Notes under the pieces: generated by a model
The model's database searches: none
Told to the model about the DNA's origin: nothing
The model's input: the letters and a program-made list of their open reading frames with translations, nothing else
Position numbers and translations under genes: made by a program
NCBI GenBank assembly: GCA_942492185.1
Contig: CALOEA010000062.1
Coordinates: 33,459 to 97,458 of the forward strand
From: an uncultured Alphaproteobacteria bacterium
GTDB lineage: Bacteria; Pseudomonadota; Alphaproteobacteria; Kiloniellales; JACOMY01
Direction: 5' to 3'
DNA length: 64,000 nucleotides
In this document: positions 28,296 to 38,467 of the stretch, piece after piece
Layout of the letters: every line of letters begins with the position of its first letter
How positions within the stretch are numbered: the stretch's first letter is position 1

Positions 28296-29176
28296 AAGCG
28301 CTCCTCCAGCTCGACCCACTCGGCGAAGCCGACGGCCTCCTTGAAGCCCTCGAAGGAGATGAAGTCGTCGGAGGCGAAGTCGAGCGTGCCGGCCTTCAGT
28401 TCCCCCAGCATCTCCTGCAGGGCCTTGGCGACCCGCATGATCAGCGTGGTGCCGTGCACCACCATGGCGAAGCCCATGTCGTAGAGCTCGCAGTCGGAGA
28501 GGATCGGCGTACGGCCGCCGACCAGCATGTTGCAGAACTGCGGCACGTCGAAGGCCTTGCCGATGCGCGCCAGCTCCTCGACCGTCTCCGGCGCCTCGAC
28601 GAAGATCCCGTCGGCGCCGGCGGCGATATAGCGCTCGGCGCGGCGCAGCGCATCGTCCAGGCCATGCACGGCGCGGGCATCGGTGCGGGCGATGAGGAAG
28701 AGGTCGCTGCCCTCGCGGGCGGCCGCGGCGGCACGGACCTTCTTCTCCATGACCTCGACCGGCACCACGTCCTTGCCGGCCATGTGGCCGCAGCGCTTCG
28801 GGGCCACCTGGTCCTCGATGAAGAGGGCGCCGGCGCCCATCCGCGCATAGGTCCGCACCGTGTGGGTGACGTTCTTGACGTCGCCATAGCCGTGATCGCC
28901 ATCGATCAGTACCGGCAGGGTGGTGGCGTTCAGAATGTCGCGCATGCCGGCCGCCATCTCGCCGAGCCCGACGAGCCCCACGTCGGGCAGGCCGTAGCGA
29001 GCGCCCACCAGCGGGAAGCCGCCAACCACCATGGCCTTGAAGCCGGCCTGTTCGATCAGCCGCGCGCTGAGCCCGTCGTAGGCCCCCGGGAGCACCAGCG
29101 GCCCCGCGCCGGCCAGCAGCTGGCGCCAGGTGGGTCGCTTCGGCCGGTCGGCGGGGGCGGGATTCTCAGCGGTCAT
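28292..29176 (-). CDS. Isocitrate lyase/PEP mutase superfamily enzyme (2-methylisocitrate lyase / oxaloacetate decarboxylase-like)
   Basis: LVLPGAYDGLSARLIEQAGF, LIDGDHGYG, GALFIEDQVAPKRCGHMAGK and ARTDA blocks. Start ATG 29176 (MTAENP...). Confidence 0.8.
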   Translation of the reverse strand: MTAENPAPADRPKRPTWRQLLAGAGPLVLPGAYDGLSARLIEQAGFKAMVVGGFPLVGARYGLPDVGLVGLGEMAAGMRDILNATTLPVLIDGDHGYGDVKNVTHTVRTYARMGAGALFIEDQVAPKRCGHMAGKDVVPVEVMEKKVRAAAAAREGSDLFLIARTDARAVHGLDDALRRAERYIAAGADGIFVEAPETVEELARIGKAFDVPQFCNMLVGGRTPILSDCELYDMGFAMVVHGTTLIMRVAKALQEMLGELKAGTLDFASDDFISFEGFKEAVGFAEWVELEERF

Positions 29177-29348
29177 GGGACTACCTTCTGCATCAAGAAC
29201 GGGGGTCTTCGCGGATCGGCACTTGTGGCCGAGGGAACCGTCAGCATTATTGACTCGAACAGGCGGAATAATAAACAATCGTTTGTTCGGCTTAATAACG
29301 AAACCGGCGGCGGAAACGGTCGCCTGCGTATCCTTGGGAGGACCCGTC

Positions 29349-30371
29349 ATGACACGCTCTCTGCGCACTTCGCGCATCTTTTCGACCCGCGCTGCCACCG
29401 CCGTCGGCGCCACGCTGCTGGCCGCGGCGCTGGCCAGCGGTGCTGCTGCCACCGAACTGCGGGTGACCAGCCAGCTGCCGCCGACCCATCCGGTGACCGC
29501 CAATCTCATCGAGTTCGCCGATCGCGTGAACGAGATCTCCGGCGGCGAGCTGACCTTCGAAATCTTCCACTCGGCGCAGCTCTACAAGGACAACGAGACG
29601 CCGGCGGCTGTCTCCTCCGGCGCCGTCGACATGGGCACCGCCTCGCTGACCCAGTTCGCCGGCACCATTCCGGCGGTCGACATCTTCTATGTGCCCTTCA
29701 CCTTCAAGGATGCCGCCGCGGTCGATGCCGCCACGGCGCAGGGCAGCCCGGTGCGCGGCCCGATCGACGAAGCGATCCTGGCGACCGGTTCGCGCGTCCT
29801 CTGGTGGCAGGCGGTTGGCGGTGCCGTCATCATGTCGCGCGACCCGATCATCATGCCGAGTGACATGGCCGGCAAGAAGGTCCGCGTCTTCTCCAAGACC
29901 CTCGGCACCTTCGTCGAGACCCTGGGCGGCGCCGCGGCCTCGATCAGCGGCTCCGAGCAGTTCCTCGCCTACCAGCAGGGCACGGTCGATGCCGGCATGT
30001 CCTCCGCGGCCGGTGTCACCGCGCGCAAGATCTACGAGGTGCTGGACTACATGACGGTCAGCAACCACGCCGATGTCGAGTTCGTCGTGCTGATGAACGA
30101 GGGCGTCTGGCAGGGTCTGACCCAGCAGGAGCGCGATTGGATCGACCTGGCCGGCAAGGAGGTCGAGGCTTCGCTGCGCGCCACGATCAACCAGCAGGAC
30201 GCCGAGGCCATCGAGTTCATCAAGGCCGAGACCGACATGCAGGTCATCGAGCTGACCCCCGAGCAGCGCGCGGCCTGGGTCGAGGCCAGCAAGCCGGTGC
30301 TCGAGTCCTACCTCATGTCTTCCGGCGAACTGGGCGAACGCCTGGTGAAAGGCGCCGCCGAAATCCAGTAA
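29349..30371 (+). CDS. dctP: TRAP transporter substrate-binding protein (DctP family), system 1
   Basis: Signal peptide, DctP-type fold blocks, RBS gggagga, followed by dctQ and dctM. Confidence 0.85.
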   Translation: MTRSLRTSRIFSTRAATAVGATLLAAALASGAAATELRVTSQLPPTHPVTANLIEFADRVNEISGGELTFEIFHSAQLYKDNETPAAVSSGAVDMGTASLTQFAGTIPAVDIFYVPFTFKDAAAVDAATAQGSPVRGPIDEAILATGSRVLWWQAVGGAVIMSRDPIIMPSDMAGKKVRVFSKTLGTFVETLGGAAASISGSEQFLAYQQGTVDAGMSSAAGVTARKIYEVLDYMTVSNHADVEFVVLMNEGVWQGLTQQERDWIDLAGKEVEASLRATINQQDAEAIEFIKAETDMQVIELTPEQRAAWVEASKPVLESYLMSSGELGERLVKGAAEIQ

Positions 30372-30452
30372 GCTCTTTCGACGCAACGGCAGCGGGGCGC
30401 CGGGGACCGGCGTTCCGCTGCCTTTTCTTTTCATCCTCGGCGGTGGGGACAG

Positions 30453-30989
30453 ATGCTCGGCTTCCTGCGACAGCTCGACCGTATCAGCGATGCGGCCGCC
30501 CGTCTGGGCGCCATCCTGATCTGCGTCATCGGCGCCATGCTTCTCTACGAGGTCTGCGCCCGCTATCTCTTCTTCGCCCCGACCAGCTGGGCCGAGGAGC
30601 TGTCGCGTCTGTTCCAGGCCTGGGCGATCTATCTCGCGGCGGCCTATCTGCTGAAGGGCGACCATTTCATCACCATCGACGTGCTGACCCGCCGGCTCGG
30701 GACGCGCGGCCGCAAGCTGCAGCGGCTGCTCGTTCTGCTCATCGTCCTGGCCTTCTCGGGCATTGCCATCGTCTGGGGCATCGGCATCGTCGCCGACAGC
30801 CTGCGGCTGGGACGCGCGCAGTCCGGCATGCTCGGCTCGCCGACCTGGATCGGCGAAATCTCGATTCCCATCGGTTTTGCCCTGCTTGCCGTCCAGGCGC
30901 TGGCTGAGTTGCTGCGGCTCTTCGTGCCCGGGGCCGCCCGGCAGCAGGACCAGAGCGACAGCGATCACGTGGTTGGAGACCACATATGA
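30453..30989 (+). CDS. dctQ: TRAP transporter small permease (DctQ), system 1
   Basis: 178 aa, 4 TM helices. The stop overlaps the dctM start (ATGA at 30986). Confidence 0.85.
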   Translation: MLGFLRQLDRISDAAARLGAILICVIGAMLLYEVCARYLFFAPTSWAEELSRLFQAWAIYLAAAYLLKGDHFITIDVLTRRLGTRGRKLQRLLVLLIVLAFSGIAIVWGIGIVADSLRLGRAQSGMLGSPTWIGEISIPIGFALLAVQALAELLRLFVPGAARQQDQSDSDHVVGDHI

Positions 30990-32260
30990 CCGCGATCCTG
31001 GTCTTCGCCGCGCTCTTCATCCTGCTGCTCGGCGGCCTGCCCATCGCCTTCGCTCTGGCCGGCATCGGCGCCACGCTGCTGCTGGTCGACGGCCTGCCGC
31101 TGGTGATGGTGCCGCAGGCGCTCTTCAGCGGCGTCGACAATTTCATCCTGCTGTCGGTGCCGCTCTTCCTGCTGATGTCGAACGTGCTGCTGCGCGGCGG
31201 CGTCGGCGGCGACCTCTTCGCCGCTGTGCAAAGCTGGGTCGGCCATTGGCCGGGCGGCCTGGCGGTCGCCACGGTGATCTCCTGCGCCCTCTTCTCCGCC
31301 ATGTCCGGCAGCTCGGTCGCAACCGCCGCCACCATCGCCACCGTCGCGATCCCCGAAATGGTGTCGCGCGGCTATAGCCGGCCCTTTGTCTTCGGCTTGA
31401 TCGCCGCCGGCGGCACGCTGGGAATCCTTATCCCACCCTCGATTCCGCTGATCGTCTATGGCGTGATCACCGACGCCAGCATCTCCAAGCTCTTCCTCGC
31501 CGGCGTCATCCCGGGGCTGTCGCTCTGCCTGCTCTTCATCGGCTATTCCATGATCCGGGCCTATCGCGACCCCAGCTACGTGGCGATCCCCAAGGCCCTG
31601 GCCAAGGAACGACTCCGGCTCTCGCTGCGCGCCATCCCGACGCTGCTGATCGCCGCGGCGATCTTCGCCGGCATCTACGGCGGCATCTTCACGCCAACCG
31701 AGGCCTCGGCCGCAGGGCTCTTTCTCGCCCTCGTCGTCACGGTGGTCATCCTGCGCTCGATCACCTGGGCCGGGCTGCGCCGTGCCACGATGGATTCGCT
31801 GCGCACCACGGCGACGATCTTCATGATCATCGTCGGGGCAAAGCTCTTCGCGAAGGCGCTGACCCTGCACCGCGTGCCGCAGGACGTCGCGGCCTGGGTC
31901 ACCGCCGGGATCGCCGACCCGACGCTGTTCCTGCTCGCGGTCAGCGGCGTGCTGCTGGTGCTGGGGCTCTTCCTCGAGTCGAACTCGATGCTGCTGATCG
32001 TCGTGCCGGTGCTGCTACCGACGCTGGCGGGCTACGGCATCGACCCGCTCTGGTTCGGCATCTATTTCATGATCCTGATCGAGTGCGCGCTGATCACCCC
32101 GCCGGTAGGGCTCAACCTCTTCGTGATCCAGGCGGTGGCCAAGGCCGATCCACGAGAAGTGATCGGCGGCGTGCTGCCCTTCATCTGGCTGATGCTGGGC
32201 TACGTCGTCCTGCTCTACCTGTTCCCCGGCATGGCGCTGTGGATGACCAAGCTGATCTAG
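30986..32260 (+). CDS. dctM: TRAP transporter large permease (DctM), system 1
   Basis: 424 aa polytopic protein with a typical DctM N-terminus and conserved blocks (SGSSVATAATI, LIECALITPPVGLNLFV). Confidence 0.9.
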   Translation: MTAILVFAALFILLLGGLPIAFALAGIGATLLLVDGLPLVMVPQALFSGVDNFILLSVPLFLLMSNVLLRGGVGGDLFAAVQSWVGHWPGGLAVATVISCALFSAMSGSSVATAATIATVAIPEMVSRGYSRPFVFGLIAAGGTLGILIPPSIPLIVYGVITDASISKLFLAGVIPGLSLCLLFIGYSMIRAYRDPSYVAIPKALAKERLRLSLRAIPTLLIAAAIFAGIYGGIFTPTEASAAGLFLALVVTVVILRSITWAGLRRATMDSLRTTATIFMIIVGAKLFAKALTLHRVPQDVAAWVTAGIADPTLFLLAVSGVLLVLGLFLESNSMLLIVVPVLLPTLAGYGIDPLWFGIYFMILIECALITPPVGLNLFVIQAVAKADPREVIGGVLPFIWLMLGYVVLLYLFPGMALWMTKLI

Positions 32261-32264
32261 GCGG

Positions 32265-33443
32265 TCAGATCGCCCCGGCGGCACGGATCGCGGCGATGGC
32301 GGCGGCGTCGTAGCCGAGCTCGCCGAGCAGGGCATCGCTGTCGGCGCCGAGATCGGGGGCCGGGCGCTGCGGCCCGCTGCGGCTGCCGGAGAAGGCCATC
32401 GGGCTGCCCAGCATGGTGACCGGGCCGTGGCCGGGGTGTTCCAGGGTCACCGCCAGACGCTGCTGCAGCACCTGCGGATCGGCGAAGACCTCCGCCAGGT
32501 TCAGCACCTGGCCGCAGGGCACGCCGGCCTTGTTCAGCACCTCGATCCAGTGCGCGCTGGGCTGCAGCCGCGTCTTGGCCTCGATCGCCGCGTTGATCGC
32601 CGGCCGGTTTGCCATGCGCAGGGCATTGCTGCGGAAGTCGGGATGCTCGCGCAGCTCGCCCAGCTCGAGCGCGTCGAGCAGGCGGAAATAGAAGCTGTCG
32701 TTGCTGGGCGCGATCGCCACCTCGCCGTCGGCGGTGCGGAACAGGCCATAGGGCGCGACCAGCGCATGGTCGTTGCCGGTGCGCCGCGGCAGCTGGCCGG
32801 AGCAGAGGAACTCGGTCGCCTGGAAACCCAGCATCGAGACCAGGGCGCCCAGCAGGCTGACGCTGATGGCCTCGCCGGTGCCGCTGACCCGGCGGCGCTG
32901 CAGCGCGGCGACGATGGCCAGCGCGGCATAGAGGCCGGCGATCAGGTCGCTGATCGGCGGGCCGGCGCGCAGCGGCGGATCGGCCTCGCCGCCGTTCAGG
33001 CTCATGAAGCCGCTCATCGCCTGGGCGATGAAATCGAAGGCCGGCCGGTCGCGATAGGGGCCGTCGGCGCCGAAGCCATTGATGTTGCAATAGACGATGT
33101 CCGGCTTGATCGCCTTCAGGCCCTCGTAGTCGAAGCCCATCTTGGCCATCACCCCGGGACGGAAGTTCTCCACCACCACGTCGGCGCCGGCGATCAGCCG
33201 CCGCAGCACCTCCCGCCCCTCCTCCTTGTAGAGATCGAGCGTCAGCGAGCGCTTGTTGCGATTGAAGTTGGCGAAGTACCAGCTGAAACCCTCGCGGATC
33301 TCGCCCTGGCCGCGCACCGGATCGCCCTTCCCCGGCGGCTCGATCTTGATCACCTCGGCGCCGAGGTCGCCGAGCTGGGCCGTGCAGAAGGGGCCGGAAA
33401 GAATGCGCGTGAGGTCGACGACGCGAATGCCGGTCAGCGGCAT
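32265..33443 (-). CDS. Family III CoA-transferase (CaiB/BaiF/Frc-like)
   Basis: MPLTGIRVVDLTRILSGPFCTAQLGDLGAEVIKIE... is typical of the family. Strong RBS AAGGAGAA sits before ATG 33443. Confidence 0.9.
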   Translation of the reverse strand: MPLTGIRVVDLTRILSGPFCTAQLGDLGAEVIKIEPPGKGDPVRGQGEIREGFSWYFANFNRNKRSLTLDLYKEEGREVLRRLIAGADVVVENFRPGVMAKMGFDYEGLKAIKPDIVYCNINGFGADGPYRDRPAFDFIAQAMSGFMSLNGGEADPPLRAGPPISDLIAGLYAALAIVAALQRRRVSGTGEAISVSLLGALVSMLGFQATEFLCSGQLPRRTGNDHALVAPYGLFRTADGEVAIAPSNDSFYFRLLDALELGELREHPDFRSNALRMANRPAINAAIEAKTRLQPSAHWIEVLNKAGVPCGQVLNLAEVFADPQVLQQRLAVTLEHPGHGPVTMLGSPMAFSGSRSGPQRPAPDLGADSDALLGELGYDAAAIAAIRAAGAI

Positions 33444-33453
33444 CGGGTTCTCC

Positions 33454-34740
33454 TTAGTTGCCAAAGCCGATCGAGGGAAGCCAGAGCGTCAGCCCCGGGA
33501 AGGCGGAAATCAGGACCAGGACGATCAGCGACCAGGCCAGGAAGGGCAAGACCTCCCACAGCACGGCCTGCACCTTCATGCGGCCGATGGCGGCCACCAC
33601 GAAGAGCAGCAGGCCGACCGGTGGCGTCAGCATCCCGATCATCAGGTTCATCACCATGACCATGCCGAACTGCACCGGGTCGATGCCGATCGCCTGCTGC
33701 AGCGGGATCAGCGCCGGCAGGAAGATGATCATCGCCGGCAGCGGCTCCAGGATCATGCCGACCGCGAGCAGCAGCAGGTTGACGATCAGCAGCACCAGGA
33801 AGGGGTCGGTGGTGATCGCCAGGATGCCGTCGGTCAGGCCCTGGGCGATGCGCGATTCGCTGATCAGCCAGGCAAAGGGGCCGGCGGCAGCCAGCAGGAA
33901 GAGTACGCCCGCCGCGGTGCGCCCGGCATCGTAGATCACCGCGCCGACCTCGCGGAACTTCAGGTCGCGGTAGACCAGCAGCGCGATGAGCAGGGCATAG
34001 ACCACGACGACCGCCGAAGCCTCGGTGTCGGTGACGACGCCGAAGCGGATGCCGCCCAGGATGATGACCGGCATCAGCAGGGCCCAGATCGACCGCCGCG
34101 TCGCCTGCACGCGCTCGCCCCAGCTCGAGCGTGGCCGCGCCTGCAGGTTTCGCCGCCGGGCGATCAGCGCGCAGAGCACCATGTAGCCGGCGGCCAGCAG
34201 GGCGCCCGGCACGATCCCCGCCAGGAAGAGGCGGATCACCGATTCGTTGGCGATCACCGCGTAGACCACCAGCGGGATGGAGGGCGGGATGATCGGCCCC
34301 AGCATGGCGCCGGCGGCGATGACCGCGCCGGCATAGCCCGGGCGGTAGCCCTCGCGCTTCATCGCCGGGATCAAGGCGGCGCCGGTCGCGGTGGCATCGG
34401 CGATGGCCGAGCCGCTGACACCCGCCATCACGAGATTGGTCATGATCGAGACCTGCGAGAGGCTGCCGCGCAGGTGGCCGACGATGGTCAGGGCCCAGTC
34501 GACGATGCGCTGGGTGACGCCGCCGCGATTCATCAGCTCGCCGGCCAGGATGAACATCGGCACTGCGATCAGCGCCACGGTGTCGACGCTGTTCAGCATG
34601 GTGAGCGGCACCATGACCGTGTCGATCGGGTTGCCGTCCTTGAAGAGCATGCCGAGCACGGCGGCGAGAATCATCGACCAGCCGACGTCGAAGCCGATCA
34701 GCATGAGGGCGAGGAAGACCAGAGTGATGGCGAGGATCAC
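33454..34740 (-). CDS. dctM: TRAP transporter large permease (DctM), system 2
   Basis: 428 aa. The GTG start overlaps the dctQ stop (GTGA). DctM blocks are present (SGSAIADATATGA, MLTPPVGLLLFV). Confidence 0.9.
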   Translation of the reverse strand: MILAITLVFLALMLIGFDVGWSMILAAVLGMLFKDGNPIDTVMVPLTMLNSVDTVALIAVPMFILAGELMNRGGVTQRIVDWALTIVGHLRGSLSQVSIMTNLVMAGVSGSAIADATATGAALIPAMKREGYRPGYAGAVIAAGAMLGPIIPPSIPLVVYAVIANESVIRLFLAGIVPGALLAAGYMVLCALIARRRNLQARPRSSWGERVQATRRSIWALLMPVIILGGIRFGVVTDTEASAVVVVYALLIALLVYRDLKFREVGAVIYDAGRTAAGVLFLLAAAGPFAWLISESRIAQGLTDGILAITTDPFLVLLIVNLLLLAVGMILEPLPAMIIFLPALIPLQQAIGIDPVQFGMVMVMNLMIGMLTPPVGLLLFVVAAIGRMKVQAVLWEVLPFLAWSLIVLVLISAFPGLTLWLPSIGFGN

Positions 34741-35264
34741 GTCACCGGCTCCTCGTCATCGAGCGGCCGCTCCGGCGCGCCGTCGTCGAGCGGCAGCCCG
34801 AGCGCCCGGCCGATGCGCAGCAGCACGAAGAGGCCATAGAGCAGGGTGCCGGCCAGGATCGCCGAATAGGCCATGGCGAGGGTGAAGGGCGTGCCGAGGA
34901 TGTTCTGCCGCGCGCCGACCGCCACCACCGGCCAGCCCTTGACGTGGACCAGCACCAGGATCGCCAGCACCAGCAGGTCGAAGAAGAGATTGCGCAGCCG
35001 CTTCAGCCGCGGCGACAGGCGGTCCTCGAACAGCTCGATGCGGATGGTGCGGCGGTCGCGGAAGCCGAGCGCGATGCCGATGAAGGTGGTCCAGACCAGC
35101 CCGAGCTGGCTCATCTGGTCGAAGGCGTGGAAATCGGTCGCCACCAGATAGCGGTCGAGCACCTGGCCGAAGGTGAAGACCAGGATGACCAGCAGCATGA
35201 GGACCAGCCACACGCGGGCCAGACGCTCGATCCAGCGGATCGCACAGTCCAGCCCGCGCAGCAT
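34737..35264 (-). CDS. dctQ: TRAP transporter small permease (DctQ), system 2
   Basis: 175 aa, 4 TM helices, between dctP and dctM. Confidence 0.85.
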   Translation of the reverse strand: MLRGLDCAIRWIERLARVWLVLMLLVILVFTFGQVLDRYLVATDFHAFDQMSQLGLVWTTFIGIALGFRDRRTIRIELFEDRLSPRLKRLRNLFFDLLVLAILVLVHVKGWPVVAVGARQNILGTPFTLAMAYSAILAGTLLYGLFVLLRIGRALGLPLDDGAPERPLDDEEPVT

Positions 35265-35307
35265 GGCTCTACCTCGTCGGTTCGCAGGTGGGATCGGGAT
35301 CGCCGGC

Positions 35308-36297
35308 CTACTCGGCCTGCATCGCGCGGATGCGGGCGACCGTTCCCTCTTCCCAGAGCGTCCCCTCGAACTGCTTGTAGACGTCCTTCAGGGCCTCGCG
35401 GAACGCCTCGCGGTCCGGCACCACGTAGGTCCCGCCGCTGCTCTCGATGAGGGCGATGGCATCGGCATCGAGCTCGTTGGTCAGCTCGGTAGCGACCTCG
35501 CCGCCGGCGATCGCCGCCTTGGTCAGGATCGCCTGCTCTTCCGGCGTCAGGTCCTGCCAGAACTGATCGGAGATGAACCAACCGGTCATCTCGTAGGCGT
35601 GGTCGGTGGCCGACCAGTACTTGGCGACCTCCTGGAACTTCAGCGGTACCGCGAGGTCGAAGCCATTATCCTGGCCGTCGACCATGCCGCGGCTCAACGC
35701 GTTGTAGATCTCGGTCATGCTCATCGGCGTGACCTGGGCGCCCAGGGCCTCGAAGGTGGCCTTCAGCGTCGGGATCGAGGGGATGCGCAGGCGCAGGCCC
35801 TTCACCTGGCCGGGCTCGGTGATCGGCCCGACGGTAGTCTGCAGCGCACGCGGGCTACGCGCCCCGTAGGCGCCGAGAATCCGCACGCCGGTGTTCTCGG
35901 CGATCTCGTCATAGATCGTCTTGAACTCGTCGCTGTTCAGGATCTTCGTCGCCCAGTCCTTGCTGTCGAAGATGTAGGGGACGTAGAGCAGGTTCAGCTT
36001 GTCGGCGCCGTTCAGCAGCGTCGCGGCACCGAGGCCGAAGAAGCCCATCTCCAGCGTGCCGAGCTGCATGGAGGAGTACATCTGCTTGATGTCGCCGAGC
36101 TGGCCGTCGGTGTAGACCTGGACCGTGATCTCGCCGTTCGACTCCGCGGCGGCCACCTCGGCGAAGCGCAGCATCGCCTTGTGCCAGGGGCTGTTCGCCG
36201 CCGAGATGGTGGCGATCTTCACCTCCAGCGCGGCCGCGGGAAGCGCGAAGGCGCCGAGCGTCAGCAGCGCCGCCAGCGCCGCAATCATTCTTTTCAT
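35308..36297 (-). CDS. dctP: TRAP transporter substrate-binding protein (DctP family), system 2
   Basis: Signal peptide MKRMIAALAALLTLGAFALPAAA, RBS GGAGGAGAA, 329 aa. Confidence 0.85.
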   Translation of the reverse strand: MKRMIAALAALLTLGAFALPAAALEVKIATISAANSPWHKAMLRFAEVAAAESNGEITVQVYTDGQLGDIKQMYSSMQLGTLEMGFFGLGAATLLNGADKLNLLYVPYIFDSKDWATKILNSDEFKTIYDEIAENTGVRILGAYGARSPRALQTTVGPITEPGQVKGLRLRIPSIPTLKATFEALGAQVTPMSMTEIYNALSRGMVDGQDNGFDLAVPLKFQEVAKYWSATDHAYEMTGWFISDQFWQDLTPEEQAILTKAAIAGGEVATELTNELDADAIALIESSGGTYVVPDREAFREALKDVYKQFEGTLWEEGTVARIRAMQAE

Positions 36298-36497
36298 ACC
36301 GTTTCTCCTCCCGGGTGAACGGTGACCTTGTCGGCCACCTCTTGGCAGCCGGCGACTTTAGGCAAGCCCGCGCCGCCATCCCCGACGTAATTCGCGATGC
36401 CCCCCCGCGCGGCTGGTGAAGGGGGTCTGTTGTGGCGCCGCCGGCCGCCCGATAGCATCGCCGTTCCGCCTCCTCGAACAGCTGGAAGCGCGCCGGC

Positions 36498-37403
36498 ATG
36501 CGTCTGGATCTCCTGTCATTCCGAGTTTTCCTGTCGGTCATCGAGGAAGGCAACATCGCCCGCGCGGCCGAACGCGAGCACATCGCCGCCTCGGCGATCA
36601 GCAAGCGCATCCAGGACCTGGAGACGGAATTCGGCGTCAGGCTGCTCTACCGCCACGTCAAGGGCGTGACGCCAACCGCGGCCGGCGAGGCCCTGACCCG
36701 CAACCTGCGCAGCCTCTTCGCCATCGTCGATCGCATCAAGGGCGAGCTGAGCGAGCATGCCGAGGGCAACCGCGGCCGCGTCATCGTCCATGCCAACGGC
36801 TCGGCCATCGTCGAGTTCCTGGCCGCCGACCTGAAGGCCTTCGGCATCGCCCATCCGGCGGTGCAGGTCGATCTGCACGAGCAGTTGAGCCCGGCCGTGG
36901 TCCGCGCGGTCCACGAGGGGGTCGCCGACCTGGGCATCTATGACGGCGCGCTCGAGGCGCCGGGCGACCTGGAGGTGCGGCCCTATCGCCAGGACCGGCT
37001 GCTGGCGGTGCTGCCGCTGGACCATCCGCTGGCCGGCCGCGGGAGCGTCGCCTTCGAGGACCTGCTGGACTACGACATCATCTCGACGCACGAGGGCAGC
37101 TCCATCGCCTGGCTGATGGCCCGCGCGGCACGGGAGCTGAAGCGTTCGATCCGCGCCGCGCTGGCCGTCGGCTCCAACGAGGTGGTGCGCTACATGGTCG
37201 ACGCCGGCCGCGGTGTCGCCATCCTGCCGGAGGGTTTCGTGCGCCCCTACGAGGGACTGCTGGCAATCCGCGGCGTGCCGCTCTCCGACCGCTGGGCAAA
37301 GCGGCAGCTCGCCATCTGCCTGCGCAACCCGGCCGGCCTCACCACCGCCGCCCGCCGCCTGCTGGCGCTGCTGGAAGCCGGCAACGAGCCTTCCGGGCGC
37401 TGA
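36498..37403 (+). CDS. LysR-family transcriptional regulator
   Basis: N-terminal wHTH (FRVFLSVIEEGNIARAAEREHIAASAISKRIQDLE), 301 aa, divergent from TRAP system 2. Confidence 0.9.
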   Translation: MRLDLLSFRVFLSVIEEGNIARAAEREHIAASAISKRIQDLETEFGVRLLYRHVKGVTPTAAGEALTRNLRSLFAIVDRIKGELSEHAEGNRGRVIVHANGSAIVEFLAADLKAFGIAHPAVQVDLHEQLSPAVVRAVHEGVADLGIYDGALEAPGDLEVRPYRQDRLLAVLPLDHPLAGRGSVAFEDLLDYDIISTHEGSSIAWLMARAARELKRSIRAALAVGSNEVVRYMVDAGRGVAILPEGFVRPYEGLLAIRGVPLSDRWAKRQLAICLRNPAGLTTAARRLLALLEAGNEPSGR

Positions 37404-37518
37404 CAGGGGCGCCCCGCCGCTCGCGATCCGCGAGGGGCCCCCTGCCGGATGCGCAATGGTGGGGCTGCCGGCCGCCGCGCATAGTGGCAGCGGAGGAGAC
37501 CCAAGAAGGAGACTGAAC

Positions 37519-38462
37519 ATGCTTCCAGAATCTGTCCTGGTGACCGAAGTCGGAACACGCGATGGCTTCCAGATGGAAAGCGCCGTCATTCCCAGCGCCA
37601 CCAAGGTCGAGGTGCTGCGCGGCCTCATCGCCGCCGGCCTCAAGCGGATCGAGGCCACGTCCTTCGTCTCGCCGCGCGCCGTGCCGCAGCTGGCCGACGC
37701 GGCCGAGGTGCTGGCCGCGCTCGGCCACCCCCCCGGCGTGACCCTGGCCGCCCTGGTGCCGAACGCCCGCGGCGCCGAGCGCGCCGCCGAGGCCGGAGTC
37801 GACGAGATGGTCGTCTTCGTGTCGGCTTCGGAGAGCCACAACCATGAACAACGTGAACTGGAGCGTTGACGAGTCGCTCGACGGCGTTCGAGCAGGTCGC
37901 CGAAGATCGCGGAAGGCCGCGGGCATTCCAGTTTCACGGCGCCATCGCCACGGCCTTCGGCTGTCCGTTCGAGGGCGACGTGCCGACGGCAAACGTGGTC
38001 CGGATTGCCAAGCGCTACAAGGACCTCGGCTTCACGTCCCTGGATCTCGGCGACACCACCGGCATGGCGACACCGCCGATCGTGACCCGGCTGGTCCGCG
38101 CCCTGCAGGACGAGGTGCCGGAGTTGCCGGTCGCTCTGCATTTCCACAACACCCGCGGCATCGGCCTGGTCAACGTCATGGCCGGCCTCGAAGCAAGGGA
38201 TCGACCGCTTCGATGCCTCGTTCGGCGGCATTGGCGGCTGTCCTGTTCGCGGCCGAAGGCGACCGGCAACATCTGCACCGAAGATCTGGTTTATCTGTTG
38301 AACGAGCTTGGTATCGAAACCGGCATCGATATCCGAAAGCTGATCGATCTCGCCTGCGACGTTGAAGCGGTCGTCGGCCGCGATCTGCCGGGACAGGTGA
38401 TGAAGGCCGGCCCGCGCCTGGCTCTGCACGACTGCTCCAACGTCCGCCGCGCGGTCGGTTGA
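37519..38462 (+). pseudogene. HMG-CoA lyase-like (HMGL/DRE-TIM) enzyme with at least 7 single-nt indels
   Basis: VTEVGTRDGFQ.., SASESHNH / NVNWSVDESLDG / FEQVAEDR / KAAGIPV / HGAIATAFGCPFEGDV..LHFHNTRGIGLVNVMAGLEA / GIDRFDASFGGIGGCP / ..KATGNICTEDLVYLL... The frame changes lie between 37849 and 38250. Confidence 0.8.
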
Positions 38463-38467
38463 GCCGG

